Assembly: GCA_041661685.1 (NCBI GenBank)
Contig: JBAZTY010000001.1
Span: forward strand, 192,691-256,690
Origin: Patescibacteria group bacterium
Lineage (GTDB): Bacteria; Patescibacteriota; Patescibacteriia; Patescibacteriales; UBA12465
Reading direction: 5' to 3'
DNA: 64,000 bases
How positions within the stretch are numbered: the first letter of the stretch is position 1; each line of letters starts with the position of its first letter. Position numbers and translations under genes: made by a program. Shown one piece after another: positions 17,041 through 27,232 of this stretch. The notes below the pieces were generated by a model. The model had not been told where the DNA came from and searched no databases. It worked only from the letters and a program-made list of their open reading frames with translations.

Positions 17041-17952
17041 ATGAACATTAATTTTGAAAAGATAAATAACCAAGAAGAAAAGCGGAAAAAGGATGATGAG
17101 TTCTTTGCTACGCGGCACAGCATATCCGGATATAAGTTGAATGAAAGTATAATAAAATCAGATAATCCCGAGGCCGCTCCGAGTGCGGATAAACAATGGT
17201 TTAATTCTGATCTAACATCGGAAGGGGAAAAGCTGGCCCATGAAAAAGCCGCTGAGTTTTTTGATAAGCTTAATCCAGAAACTGATGCTTTATTTTTTGT
17301 TTCCAGCGACCTGGTAAGAGCAGCCGAAACGGCTAAGATTTATCTAGATACCGCGAGAGAAAAGGGGTTCGAGATTATCGCGCCTAGAGAGAAAAAGGAG
17401 GAAGAGGTGGATGAGCTCCCTAAATATAGAAATAAAGTTGAAGAAATCGGTGAGGGCTACATTAGAAAGATAGACTGCTTAACTTTGGATCATCTGGAAA
17501 ATATGCTGCGAGAGTTTATTTTTCATCCCGATAATTATTTAAAGAAAATTAAAAATCCGGAGAACATCTCAGCCGAAACTAAAGAAAAGTGGGCAGAGGC
17601 TAGGAAAATAATTGAGGCGGATAATAGAGGGACTTGGGGTAATAATTATGCTGCTCACTCCGAGGAAATTGGGAAGATATTCCCGAACGTTAAATCAGCT
17701 AAGGAGGTTTATGAGTCTAAATTCAAAGATATGATGCGGCTCGTCCGGTTTGGAAACGAAAAAATAAAACAACATAATCCGGAAAAGAATATTAAAATTA
17801 TGGCTTTCAGTCATGAGAATTCTTTCCTTTATTTTCTGAATAATAATTTCGGTGAATCCATGAAAAACTGCGAAAGCATCGCTTTTAAAGTTCAAGATAA
17901 CGATGAAATAACCGTCGCCGCCAAGGGACAAACTAAAAACGTAAAAGATTAA
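17041..17952 (+). CDS. Histidine-phosphatase-superfamily-like protein (weak)
   Basis: ATRHSISGY near the N-terminus and AFSHENSF near the C-terminus resemble the RHG / SH motifs of the PGM-like superfamily. Confidence 0.35.
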   Translation: MNINFEKINNQEEKRKKDDEFFATRHSISGYKLNESIIKSDNPEAAPSADKQWFNSDLTSEGEKLAHEKAAEFFDKLNPETDALFFVSSDLVRAAETAKIYLDTAREKGFEIIAPREKKEEEVDELPKYRNKVEEIGEGYIRKIDCLTLDHLENMLREFIFHPDNYLKKIKNPENISAETKEKWAEARKIIEADNRGTWGNNYAAHSEEIGKIFPNVKSAKEVYESKFKDMMRLVRFGNEKIKQHNPEKNIKIMAFSHENSFLYFLNNNFGESMKNCESIAFKVQDNDEITVAAKGQTKNVKD

Positions 17953-17953
17953 T

Positions 17954-18835
17954 ATGAAAGTCGCCGTATTGGGGCCGATTGCAAAGGATCGCGTTAAAGT
18001 AGATGATAACCTATCAATCCAGATCGGTGGCATTCCATATTACGTAGCTTTAGCTCTTAAAGCTTTAAACGTAGAAAAAGTCGTGCCTTATATAAGTTGC
18101 GGTCAGGAAGATAACGAGTGGGTTCAAAATAATTTTTCCGGCCTGAAAGTCAGGTGCTTGCCGGCAGAAAGAACATTAGAGTCTAATTTAGAGTATTCAT
18201 CCTTTAACCCAGACGTGCGAAAACATGAGATCAGATGCTATGATAATACTATCAAACCTACCGGCGAGTTGTTAAGGGAACTAGAAGGATATGATTATAT
18301 AATTCTGGGGCCGCTATTCCATGATAATATTCCTTTTGAATTATTTAATAAATTAAAACATAAAAATCTGGTCTTGGGTAATTTTGGAATGTTCACTTAT
18401 GGCGAAAACGGAAAATTTGTCAGAAAAAACCCGGAAAACTTGATTAAAGTTTTGCCATTCTTAAAATATTTGTTTTTAGACAGAAACGAGGCTGAGTTCG
18501 TATCCGGAAAGAATACCATAAAAGAAGCGGCGCGTTTTTTTCAGAATCATAGCTTACTTAACCTGATCATTACTGAAGGATCAAAAGGGTCCCATCTTTT
18601 TTTAGGAAAAGATTTTTATGATATTCTAGCTTTCAAGCCTAATATAATAACTGATCCCACTGGCGCCGGAGATACTTATTTAGCAGCTTTTATCAGAGCC
18701 TTAGAATTGTATAAAAATCCGGAGGAACGGGGAAGATTTGCTGCCATGGTTGCCACTATGTCTCTAGAAGAAAAAGGAGCTTTCGGAAAAACCTCTGAAG
18801 ACGTTCAAGCTAGATTAAATAAATCAACATGTTAA
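17954..18835 (+). CDS. PfkB-family carbohydrate/nucleoside kinase
   Basis: C-terminal DPTGAGDTYLAAF (PfkB signature 2) and an N-terminal GG dipeptide region. Confidence 0.8.
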   Translation: MKVAVLGPIAKDRVKVDDNLSIQIGGIPYYVALALKALNVEKVVPYISCGQEDNEWVQNNFSGLKVRCLPAERTLESNLEYSSFNPDVRKHEIRCYDNTIKPTGELLRELEGYDYIILGPLFHDNIPFELFNKLKHKNLVLGNFGMFTYGENGKFVRKNPENLIKVLPFLKYLFLDRNEAEFVSGKNTIKEAARFFQNHSLLNLIITEGSKGSHLFLGKDFYDILAFKPNIITDPTGAGDTYLAAFIRALELYKNPEERGRFAAMVATMSLEEKGAFGKTSEDVQARLNKSTC

Positions 18836-19410
18836 AATACCTCGTCTTCCTTGGAATGTCGGCGCAGTTCATCGGAATCTTTTATTATGGCCGGGAAGTC
18901 GTCAGAAAAAAAGTAAAGCCTAATAAAGTTTCTTGGTTGATGTGGTCTATCGCCCCCTTAATCGCTACGGCCGCCGGGCTAACGAGCGGCGCTGGCTTAT
19001 CAGTCATTCCGGTCTTCATGTCCGGCTTTGGTCCGCTGATAATATTTATCCTGTCTTTATTCGTTAAGAAATCATATTGGAAATTAGAATCCTTTGACTA
19101 TTTATGCGGGATATTTTCGTTATTAGCTCTAATCCTGTGGGGAATAACCAAACAGCCAGGGATAGCAATCATCTTCGCGATTTTAAGCGATCTGTTCGCG
19201 GCCATTCCGACTTTTATAAAATGCTGGAAATATCCGGAGACAGAAACCACAGTCGCCTATTCGACCGGACTGTTTAGCGCTTTCACTAGCTTCGGAGCGG
19301 TCAGAATATGGGGGTTCGCGGAATTAGCTTTTCCGATTTATCTGATTTTTGTTAACTCATCATTAATTTTAGCTATTATAAGGAAAAGAATATCACGAGT
19401 TTTCGCGTAA
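18829..19410 (+). CDS. Polytopic membrane protein, unknown function (translationally coupled to the PfkB kinase)
   Basis: 6 predicted TM helices. A 7-nt overlap with the kinase gene suggests a transporter/kinase pair. Confidence 0.5.
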   Translation: MLKYLVFLGMSAQFIGIFYYGREVVRKKVKPNKVSWLMWSIAPLIATAAGLTSGAGLSVIPVFMSGFGPLIIFILSLFVKKSYWKLESFDYLCGIFSLLALILWGITKQPGIAIIFAILSDLFAAIPTFIKCWKYPETETTVAYSTGLFSAFTSFGAVRIWGFAELAFPIYLIFVNSSLILAIIRKRISRVFA

Positions 19411-19425
19411 TGGTATAATAAACAC

Positions 19426-19686
19426 ATGAGTAAATATTTTCTTTATACCCTCAGATGTGCCGACAAGACGCTTTATACCGGGATTACTACGGATCTTAAT
19501 CGCCGGGTAAGCGAGCATAATTCGACTAGCCGAGGGGCGAAATATACTTGCGGCCGCAGGCCGGTTAGGCTAGTATATTCTAAAGAGTTTTCGAATCGTT
19601 CTACGGCCTCTAAAGAAGAAGCGCGGTTCAAGAAATTACCGCGTCCCGAGAAATTGGAAATTATAAAATCAGCCAAAAAGATATGA
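19426..19686 (+). CDS. GIY-YIG nuclease family protein (UPF0213-like)
   Basis: YFLYTLRCADKTLYTGITTDLNRRVSEHN. TGGTATAAT lies 6 nt upstream of the ATG. Confidence 0.8.
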   Translation: MSKYFLYTLRCADKTLYTGITTDLNRRVSEHNSTSRGAKYTCGRRPVRLVYSKEFSNRSTASKEEARFKKLPRPEKLEIIKSAKKI

Positions 19687-20459
19687 TGATGGAAAATTAC
19701 AGCCAGATTAGCAGCTCTGAAAATAACCAGATCAAATTACTGGAAAAACTGAATGCGAAAAAATATCGCCAAGAATTCCAGCAGTTTATGGTTGAGAACC
19801 TGACGATTATTAGCGACGCGCTGAAGGATGGCCACGACTTCGAGGCTTTATTCGTGACTGAAGAATTTGCCGCTAAGCATCGAGATAGGCTGGAATATCT
19901 TCAGAATAATTCTCAATCGTCAGATTTTTTCATGATCGGCCCTAAGCTGAATAAGCAATATTCTAATCTTGACACCCCTTCTGGCATTACTGCTATTTAT
20001 AAAATAAAGGCCAGGGAATTAGATGAATCATCAATTATCTACCTGAACGGCATCAGCGATCCGGGAAACTTAGGAACAATCATGCGCAGCGCCCTAGCTT
20101 TCGGTTTTATTAATCTGGTTTTAGATGAGAGCTGTGTAGATGTTTATAATTCCAAAGTCATCGCGGCCGCTAAAGACGCGATTTTTAAGCTTAATATCAT
20201 TGAAGATAAGACTGGAGAATGGCTCAAAAACAATAAATTGCCTATTTATGCGACTAGTTCTCATGAGGGTGTTAATCTGACGGAATTCAAACCGGCTAAG
20301 GCCTTCTGTTTAGTCTTGGGAAGCGAAAGCCATGGGGTCAGTCCGGAAATAATGAAACTGGCTAAGACCAATCTGAAGATTGAAATGTCTGAAAATATCG
20401 AATCTTTAAACGTGGCGACAGCGGCCGCTATTCTTCTTTATGAACTCAAACGGAAATAA
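19683..20459 (+). CDS. SpoU/TrmH-family RNA 2'-O-methyltransferase
   Basis: GNLGTIMRSA, LVLGSESHGVS and ESLNVATAAAILLYE motifs. Confidence 0.8.
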   Translation: MMMENYSQISSSENNQIKLLEKLNAKKYRQEFQQFMVENLTIISDALKDGHDFEALFVTEEFAAKHRDRLEYLQNNSQSSDFFMIGPKLNKQYSNLDTPSGITAIYKIKARELDESSIIYLNGISDPGNLGTIMRSALAFGFINLVLDESCVDVYNSKVIAAAKDAIFKLNIIEDKTGEWLKNNKLPIYATSSHEGVNLTEFKPAKAFCLVLGSESHGVSPEIMKLAKTNLKIEMSENIESLNVATAAAILLYELKRK

Positions 20460-22044
20460 ACTCATCAGAATAGAAGAAGTGACCCTAGGAATAGATGACG
20501 ATGAAGGAGTCTTAAAATCTAGGATTTCTCAGATTTTAGATTTGCCGGAAACTGAGATTCTTGGTTATGCTATCGTCAAGAAAAATATCGATTCCCGCCA
20601 GAAGAATATCCTTTTCGTCTATTCTTTGGACGTAGAGGTGAAAGATCTGAGCGCCATCAAGAAATGGGATATCAGCCATCGGACTAGGCCGTATGAGCCC
20701 TTTGTCTATCAAGAGAAAGTAATAAATAAGAAAATAAAAAAGAATATCATCATTGTCGGCAGCGGGCCTTGCGGTTTGTTCGCCGCTTTATTATTGGCTA
20801 AAGCCGGTTTGAAACCGCTCGTCATAGAAAGAGGGAAAGATGTTGATGCTCGCGTGAAGGACGTTGATGATTTTTTTAAGAATAGGAATTTTAACCCTAA
20901 ATCAAATATCCAGTTCGGCGAAGGCGGAGCGGGAACCTTTTCAGATGGAAAATTATATACGCTCATAAACGACCCGCGCTCTAAATATGTTTTTACCGAA
21001 TTGATTAAGGCCGGAGCGCCGGTAGAGATCGCGACTAGCGCGACGCCACATATTGGTACTGATAAATTACGCGGTGTAATTAAGAATATCCGGGCCGAGA
21101 TAATTAGATTAGGGGGCGCGGTAAGATTTGAAACTTGCTTGACTGGACTGGAAATTAAAGGCAATCAGATAATAGCCGCGATTGTTAATGACCAGGAAAG
21201 AATATTAGTCGATGATTTAGTGCTGGCCACCGGCCATTCCGCGCGTGATACTTATCAAATACTTTATGATCAAGGGTTGAGGATGAGCGCTAAAGCCTTC
21301 TCTATCGGACTCAGAATCGAACATCAAGCCGAGATGATTAATCAAGCCCAATATGGCGCGTCTTATCAACATCCTAAATTAGGCGCCGCTAGATATAAGT
21401 TAGTCCAGCACTTAAATGATCAGCGGCCGGTCTACAGCTTCTGCATGTGCCCGGGCGGATATGTCATGGGCGCGGCCTCTGAAGAGGGCGGCGTAGTGAC
21501 GAACGGCATGAGCGAATATGCTCAGGATGGCGTTAATTCCAACAGCGCTTTATTAGTGCCGGTGACGCCGGCAGATTTTGGATCCACGCATCCTTTAGCC
21601 GGAATTGAATTCCAGCGCCGCTGGGAAAGAGCCGCTTATCTCGCCGGAGGCGGAAATTATTGCGCCCCGGTTCAGTTAGTCGGAGATTTTCTAAGGGGCC
21701 GCGCTTCGAGCGAGACAAAGAGCATTAAGCCGAGTTATCGGCCCGGAATCAATTTGACTTCCTTAGATTCTTGCCTGCCAGATTATGTCATCGCCAGTCT
21801 GAAAGAGGCTATTCCGCTTTTAGATAGGAAGATTAAGGGATTTTCTCACCCCGAGGCCGTGCTCACCGGAGTCGAGACTAGAAGTTCATCACCGGTCCGT
21901 TTAGAGCGCAATGCCAAGTGTGAATCTAATATCCTTGGCATTTATCCAGCCGGAGAAGGGGCGGGACATGCCGGAGGCATAGTTTCTTCGGCTATCGACG
22001 GCCTGGCGGCGGCGGAAGCGATTATCGAAAAATATATTGAATAA
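20440..22044 (+). CDS. FAD-dependent oxidoreductase (COG2509-like)
   Basis: Dinucleotide-binding IIIVGSGPCGLFAALLLAKAG. C-terminal PAGEGAGHAGGIVSSAIDG. Confidence 0.7.
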   Translation: MNSNGNKLIRIEEVTLGIDDDEGVLKSRISQILDLPETEILGYAIVKKNIDSRQKNILFVYSLDVEVKDLSAIKKWDISHRTRPYEPFVYQEKVINKKIKKNIIIVGSGPCGLFAALLLAKAGLKPLVIERGKDVDARVKDVDDFFKNRNFNPKSNIQFGEGGAGTFSDGKLYTLINDPRSKYVFTELIKAGAPVEIATSATPHIGTDKLRGVIKNIRAEIIRLGGAVRFETCLTGLEIKGNQIIAAIVNDQERILVDDLVLATGHSARDTYQILYDQGLRMSAKAFSIGLRIEHQAEMINQAQYGASYQHPKLGAARYKLVQHLNDQRPVYSFCMCPGGYVMGAASEEGGVVTNGMSEYAQDGVNSNSALLVPVTPADFGSTHPLAGIEFQRRWERAAYLAGGGNYCAPVQLVGDFLRGRASSETKSIKPSYRPGINLTSLDSCLPDYVIASLKEAIPLLDRKIKGFSHPEAVLTGVETRSSSPVRLERNAKCESNILGIYPAGEGAGHAGGIVSSAIDGLAAAEAIIEKYIE

Positions 22045-22098
22045 ATACGGGAAATATGGTTTAATTAGCTTAGTTTATAAATTATTTTTTATACCAAG

Positions 22099-22968
22099 AT
22101 GAGCCAGAAAAAAGTATTAGTCGGTTTTATCGGCCAGGGTTTTATCGGCAAGAATATGGCGGATGATTTTACCGCCCGCGGACATAAGATTGTCCGTTAT
22201 GATAATGAAAATTACGTCGCCAATAAAGAACTGATCAAGACTTGTGATTTCGTTTTTATCGCCGTGCCGACGCCGAGTACACCGCATGGCTTCGACGATA
22301 GCATCTTGCGCGAGGTCATTAAGCTGGTCGGTGACGGCCGGACCGCGATTATTAAATCAACTATCAAAATCGGCACGACCGAAAACCTGCAGAAAAAATA
22401 TCCGAAAAAGTATATTCTGCATTCGCCAGAATTTTTAACCGAGAAGAATGCGGTTCAGGATACAAAATTTCCGCCGCGCAATATTATCGGCTACACGGCT
22501 AAATCTAAAAAGAAAGCGGCCGAGGCTTTGAAGCTATTGCCTAAGGCGCCCCATAATTTTCTAGTCGGCAGCCGGGAAGCGGAACTAGTTAAATACATGG
22601 GTAATAATTTCCTCTTCTTAAAAGTCATTTTTTCTAATATCGTTTATAATTTAGCGCGCCGGAAAGGAGTGGATTATGACGCCGTCGCTGATATTGTCGG
22701 TTATGACGCTCGTATCGGGCACAGTCACCTAGCTATCGCTCATCAAAGCGGGCCGCACACTAAAAAGGGCCGAGGAGCGGGCGGACATTGCTTCATCAAG
22801 GATATGTCGGCTTTCATCGAGATGTTCAAGGAAGCAAAATTAAAGAGCAAGGAAGACCGAATCGCCTTGGATTTCTTGCATCAAGCCGTTAAGCTTAATA
22901 ATCAGTTGCTTCTAGATACTAAAAAAGATCTAGATTTATTAGAAGGAGTTTACGGAATAAAAAAATAA
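22099..22968 (+). CDS. UDP-glucose/GDP-mannose dehydrogenase family protein, short form lacking the C-terminal UDP-binding domain
   Basis: N-terminal Rossmann [13 protein letters not shown], then IAVPTP and [13 protein letters not shown]. Catalytic-Cys motif [10 protein letters not shown] (canonical GGSCFPKD). It stops at 289 aa. Confidence 0.6.
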   Translation: MSQKKVLVGFIGQGFIGKNMADDFTARGHKIVRYDNENYVANKELIKTCDFVFIAVPTPSTPHGFDDSILREVIKLVGDGRTAIIKSTIKIGTTENLQKKYPKKYILHSPEFLTEKNAVQDTKFPPRNIIGYTAKSKKKAAEALKLLPKAPHNFLVGSREAELVKYMGNNFLFLKVIFSNIVYNLARRKGVDYDAVADIVGYDARIGHSHLAIAHQSGPHTKKGRGAGGHCFIKDMSAFIEMFKEAKLKSKEDRIALDFLHQAVKLNNQLLLDTKKDLDLLEGVYGIKK

Positions 22969-22972
22969 AATT

Positions 22973-23905
22973 ATGAAGATTCTTGTCACCGGCGGCGCCG
23001 GATTCATCGGCTCGCATCTATGTCGGAAACTTTTAGAAGAAGGTGATGAAGTTATTGCCTTAGATAATTTTTTTACCGGCAGCGAAGAGAATATCAAGCC
23101 TTTTCTGGAAAATCCTAAATTTACAATGTTGCGCCAAGACGTCACTTTTCCTTTAGAAATGGCGATCGATCAGGTTTACAACCTAGCTTGCCCAGCTTCG
23201 CCGATTCATTATCAATTTGATCCGGTTAAGACCATCAGAACTTCTATCTTGGGCGCTATCAACGTGCTTGATTTAGCGAAGAAGACTAAAGCCGTCGTTC
23301 TCCAGGCCTCGACTTCTGAAGTTTACGGTGACCCAAAGGTCCATCCTCAGCCGGAAAGTTATTGGGGTTCAGTCAATCCGATCGGCATCAGATCCTGCTA
23401 CGACGAAGGGAAGCGCTGTGCCGAGACCTTATGTTTCGATTATCATCGCCAGTATCAGGTTGATATCCGGGTAGTGCGGATATTTAATACTTATGGACCG
23501 AACATGCATCCGAACGACGGCCGCGTCGTCTCTAATTTTATCGTTCAGGCTCTAAAGAATGAAGATATCACTATTTATGGCGATGGTTCGCAGACCCGCA
23601 GCTTCCAGTATGTTGACGATCTGATTGAGGCATTAATAAGAATGATGAATAATAAGACTAGTTTCGTCGGCCCAGTCAATCTCGGTAACCCAGAGGAATT
23701 CACGATTAAGGAATTAGCGGAGACGGTTTTAAAATTGATTCCAGAAAGCCGGAGCCAGATAGTTTATAAGGATCTGCCAGCCGACGATCCGCGCCAAAGG
23801 AAGCCGGATATATCTTTAGCTAAAGAAAAATTAGGCTGGGAACCAAAGATAAAATTAGGAGATGGATTAAAGAGAACAATAGAATATTTCCGAAATAAGA
23901 TATAA
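22973..23905 (+). CDS. UDP-glucuronate decarboxylase (UDP-xylose synthase), SDR family
   Basis: [17 protein letters not shown], and YDEGKR (YxxxK catalytic region). 310 aa, with strong overall UXS-like sequence. Confidence 0.85.
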   Translation: MKILVTGGAGFIGSHLCRKLLEEGDEVIALDNFFTGSEENIKPFLENPKFTMLRQDVTFPLEMAIDQVYNLACPASPIHYQFDPVKTIRTSILGAINVLDLAKKTKAVVLQASTSEVYGDPKVHPQPESYWGSVNPIGIRSCYDEGKRCAETLCFDYHRQYQVDIRVVRIFNTYGPNMHPNDGRVVSNFIVQALKNEDITIYGDGSQTRSFQYVDDLIEALIRMMNNKTSFVGPVNLGNPEEFTIKELAETVLKLIPESRSQIVYKDLPADDPRQRKPDISLAKEKLGWEPKIKLGDGLKRTIEYFRNKI

Positions 23906-23917
23906 TTACATTTTAAA

Positions 23918-23950
23918 AACCCAGTAGTATTTTACTGGGTTTTGTGTTTT
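23918..23950. terminator. Bidirectional terminator between convergent genes
   Basis: aaaAACCCAGTAgtattttTACTGGGTTttgtgtttt. Confidence 0.75.
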
Positions 23951-23980
23951 AGAAGTTATCTTGATAGATGCCTTCTGTAA

Positions 23981-24247
23981 TTACAGCGGGTGCTGATGAT
24001 TTTTGGTTTTGATTCTGATGCCAATTCTAGGGCTCAGGTCGGCTTTAAACCGGTTCTTTTTTGGTCCTTTATAACTACTAGCATGACGCAAGCTATTTGT
24101 GCAAGGATCACCATAGACCAATGAAAAGCAAGAGCGAGTGCGCTTGCTATATTCAGACGGAACATTATTCGGCTTATGGGCCTGAACGATAGGCGCTAAA
24201 ATTAGTAAAGAACAAAGTAGTGCGGATAACGCGATAAGTTTTTTCAT
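23981..24247 (-). CDS. Small secreted protein, hypothetical
   Basis: 88 aa with a clear signal peptide (MKKLIALSALLCSLLILAPIVQA). Confidence 0.45.
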   Translation of the reverse strand: MKKLIALSALLCSLLILAPIVQAHKPNNVPSEYSKRTRSCFSLVYGDPCTNSLRHASSYKGPKKNRFKADLSPRIGIRIKTKNHQHPL

Positions 24248-24352
24248 GACATTCTTCTATTGGTGTAAAATAATATTAACATATAACCTTGCTAATGTCA
24301 AGGTTAAGATCATTTTTGACTTTTTAGCAGCTATAGACTAATCTATATAAAT

Positions 24353-26278
24353 ATGGCCAGTAATAATACCCTCAAAAATAAGGTAAATTTGCCTCTTCTT
24401 ATCGGCGCCCTCGGGGTCGTTTTTGGCGATATCGGCACGTCGCCGCTCTATGCTCTAAAAGAAACATTCTTTGGATTACATCCTCTAGAGCGCAGCCCCG
24501 AAAATGTTCTCGGCGTTTTATCCCTGGTCTTTTGGACGCTGATGATCGTCGTCACTATTAAATATATCTTGCTGATTATGCGCGCCGATAATAAAGGCGA
24601 AGGTGGAATTTTCGCCTTGCTGGCCTTACTCCGCCAGGGGAAAGTCAAACGGATATTCGGGCTCAGCGTGACCGCTGTAGTCCTGGTAGGGGCGACCTTG
24701 CTTTACGGCGACGGAGTCATCACTCCGGCTATCTCTGTTTTATCAGCTGTCGAGGGATTTGCAATCTTATCGTCTAAATTAACTTTATTCGTAGTGCCTT
24801 TAACCATTCTCATTCTTATTGGCTTGTTCTATATCCAGAAGAAGGGAACCGGACAAGTCGGCCGTTTCTTTGGTCCGATCATGATCCTCTGGTTCATCGT
24901 GCTTATGGTCTTAGGTTTGCCGGCTATCATTAAATACCCTCAAGTCCTAGCCGCCATTAATCCGCTCGCGGCTTATCATTTTGTCTGCGCCCATACCTGG
25001 TCGACATTCTTCGTTCTCAGCTCCGTTGCCCTCTGTGTCACTGGCTGCGAAGCCCTATATGCCGATATGGGGCATTTTAATCGCCGTGTCATCACTTGGT
25101 CTTGGGCAAGTTTGGTTTATCCGGCGCTCATCATTAATTATTTCGGTCAGGGCGCCTTATTATTATCCGGCCGCGAGATTATCGGCAATAATACGTTCTA
25201 TGCGCTGGCGCCGCAATGGGCCTTTCTTGGCGTCGTTATCCTAGCGACCGCAGCGACAATTATTGCTAGCCAAGCGCTGATTGCCGGCGTCTATTCTTTG
25301 ACGAGCCAAGCTGTCGCTTTAGGCTTATTCCCGAAGATAAAGATCGTTCATACTAATTCAGCTATTGAGGGGCAAATTTATATCCCTTTCATAAATACCG
25401 CCTTAGCCGTCAGCTGTATAGCTCTCGTCTTGGCTTTCCGCTCTTCCGGCGGCTTAGCGGCCGCTTACGGCATTGCTGTTACTGGTACGATGATCATTAC
25501 GACTTTAGTATTTTATTCTTTAATCCGTTATCTCTGGAAATGGCCTCTGTGGGTAGTGGCTCCGCTTATTTCCTTCCTGCTAATCATAGATCTGGCTTTC
25601 TTCTCCGGTACTATTCTGAAATTCTGGCAAGGCGGTTTTGTGCCGATTATAATAGCTATCATCCTATTCGTCATTATGTCTACTTGGGATTGGGGCCGGG
25701 CTCTTTCGCGCGCCGCGCATCTTAGCCTGCCCGGGCTGGCTGTTAAAAAATTCGTTGAATTACAGGCGGAGTATAAAGATACATTACTGAATCGTTCAGT
25801 TGTGGTCATGTCTTCACGTCCGATAACAAGCCTTTATGACAGCATCCCAGTCGCTATGGATTCTTTCTTGGCTAAATGGGGATTATGCATCCCGAAACAT
25901 ATTATTTTCATGAATGTCGTTTTTCTTAATATCCCGCGGGTAGACAGGGAAAACCGCTACCAGATTATCAGCTTTCAGCCGGACGCTGAAATCGGCAGTA
26001 TCGTCTCGATTCAAGCTTCTTATGGTTATATGCAGAATCCAGATATTCGGCGCGTTTTAGCTGACCTCAAGGAAAGGAAGAAAATCAAGATTCCGAGCGA
26101 TCCCCAGAAATGGCTAGTCCTATTCGCCATGGATCGTTTTGTTTCTAAGCCGCGTCAAATATGGCGCCGCCTCCGTATAGGCATGTACGATGCGATGTTG
26201 CGCTATGTCAAGCCAATCTATAGCTATTATGGCCTCGGATCGGATAATAAGGTCGATATCGAGATTATCAATATTTAG
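24353..26278 (+). CDS. kup: KUP/HAK/KT potassium uptake transporter
   Basis: GALGVVFGDIGTSPLYALKE signature, about 12 TM helices plus a cytoplasmic C-terminal domain. 641 aa. Confidence 0.9.
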   Translation: MASNNTLKNKVNLPLLIGALGVVFGDIGTSPLYALKETFFGLHPLERSPENVLGVLSLVFWTLMIVVTIKYILLIMRADNKGEGGIFALLALLRQGKVKRIFGLSVTAVVLVGATLLYGDGVITPAISVLSAVEGFAILSSKLTLFVVPLTILILIGLFYIQKKGTGQVGRFFGPIMILWFIVLMVLGLPAIIKYPQVLAAINPLAAYHFVCAHTWSTFFVLSSVALCVTGCEALYADMGHFNRRVITWSWASLVYPALIINYFGQGALLLSGREIIGNNTFYALAPQWAFLGVVILATAATIIASQALIAGVYSLTSQAVALGLFPKIKIVHTNSAIEGQIYIPFINTALAVSCIALVLAFRSSGGLAAAYGIAVTGTMIITTLVFYSLIRYLWKWPLWVVAPLISFLLIIDLAFFSGTILKFWQGGFVPIIIAIILFVIMSTWDWGRALSRAAHLSLPGLAVKKFVELQAEYKDTLLNRSVVVMSSRPITSLYDSIPVAMDSFLAKWGLCIPKHIIFMNVVFLNIPRVDRENRYQIISFQPDAEIGSIVSIQASYGYMQNPDIRRVLADLKERKKIKIPSDPQKWLVLFAMDRFVSKPRQIWRRLRIGMYDAMLRYVKPIYSYYGLGSDNKVDIEIINI

Positions 26279-26398
26279 CTTGACTTATCTATTTTTACGT
26301 GGTACAGTGTTTAAGCAACAATATCGCGTATCAAAAAGTAGTCGATTTTTAAACTCTTTATTAAATTGCAATCTTACAAACTAAGTCTAAAAATTTTT

Positions 26399-26596
26399 AT
26401 GACTGGTACTATCAAAACTTTAACCGACAAAGGTTTCGGTTTCATCAAGGTAGAAGGTCAAGAAAAAGATTTATTCTTTCACAGCAACTCATTGGTTGGC
26501 GTCCAATACAATGAATTGCGCGAGGGCGATGCTGTTTCTTTCGAAACAGAGAACTCTCCGAAAGGAATGAACGCGGTTAATGTTAAACGCGCTTAA
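26399..26596 (+). CDS. cspA: Cold-shock protein (CSD); true start ATG 26399 rather than the track start 26366
   Basis: MTGTIKTLTDKGFGFIKVEG...DLFFH contains RNP1 (KGFGFI) and RNP2-like (LFFH) motifs. It has a long 5' UTR after TTGACT-17-TACAGT at 26281-26309. Confidence 0.9.
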   Translation: MTGTIKTLTDKGFGFIKVEGQEKDLFFHSNSLVGVQYNELREGDAVSFETENSPKGMNAVNVKRA

Positions 26597-26615
26597 TATC
26601 TCTCTTGAAATCACG

Positions 26616-26646
26616 ATCCCGCCCAATTATGTTGGGCGGGATTTTG
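26616..26646 (+). terminator. Rho-independent terminator of csp
   Basis: 11-bp perfect stem ATCCCGCCCAA / TTGGGCGGGAT followed by TTTT. Confidence 0.8.
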
Positions 26647-26706
26647 ATTGGAACATATCAGACTTTTTTACATATTTACATATCATTAATCATTAGCTTA
26701 TAATTT

Positions 26707-27135
26707 ATGAAAAATTTTAATCGCGATAGTGGATTTAATTACAAGAAGGGCGGGGGGATGAAGGATGGCCAGCGCGCCGGCGGTTTCGGTTCTAAGAGTT
26801 CTGGCGGTTTCGGCGGCAAGAGCGGCGGTGGCCGCAGCTTTAGCAGGGACGATCGGGATTCTGAAAGACCGGAAATGCATCGAGCGACTTGCGCTGAATG
26901 CGGCGCAAGCTGCGAAGTGCCGTTCAAGCCTTTATCCGGAAAACCGGTTTTCTGCAGCAATTGCTTTAAAGGCAAGGAAGAATCCAGTCCGAGACGCACT
27001 AGCGACAGGGGGTCGTTCAGGTCTTCTAGCCGGGATAGTGGCTTTAAAGGCGGCCATGGCAATGATGGTATTTCCAAGGAACAATTTGAAATATTAAATG
27101 CTAAATTAGACAAAATTCTTCAATCCTTGACTTAA
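26707..27135 (+). CDS. CxxC-x17-CxxC zinc-ribbon protein with Gly/Arg-rich N-terminal region
   Basis: CAECGASCEVPFKPLSGKPVFCSNC has exactly 17 residues between the two CxxC pairs. It is flanked by GGFGSKSSGGFGGKSGGGRS and RS-rich low-complexity regions. Confidence 0.75.
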   Translation: MKNFNRDSGFNYKKGGGMKDGQRAGGFGSKSSGGFGGKSGGGRSFSRDDRDSERPEMHRATCAECGASCEVPFKPLSGKPVFCSNCFKGKEESSPRRTSDRGSFRSSSRDSGFKGGHGNDGISKEQFEILNAKLDKILQSLT

Positions 27136-27232
27136 ATTAAATTACGTGCTATTATTACTATATTAATTAGATTCGAATCTCCTTTAGTCATAAATAAGTG
27201 GCCTTGAGAAATCGGGTCGCTTATTTTTTATT

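Noticed and set aside
24285-24305. AACCTTG-ctaatgt-CAAGGTT hairpin upstream of kup, considered as a riboswitch or operator.
   Set aside because: It is a single 7-bp hairpin with no recognisable riboswitch core (for example c-di-AMP ydaO-type) and no repeat partner. The evidence is insufficient.
26698-27113. Three long overlapping ORFs (26698..26880 -, 26739..27113 -, 26765..27097 +) across the CxxC zinc-ribbon gene.
   Set aside because: The region encodes Gly/Arg/Ser low-complexity sequence, which stays open in several frames. Only the 26707..27135 frame contains the exact CxxC-x17-CxxC motif and a sensible start and terminator context.
27171-27183. AGATTCGAATCT perfect palindrome resembling a T-loop.
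   Set aside because: It is a short self-complementary 12-mer in an AT-rich spacer with no flanking tRNA-like structure. It is probably coincidental.
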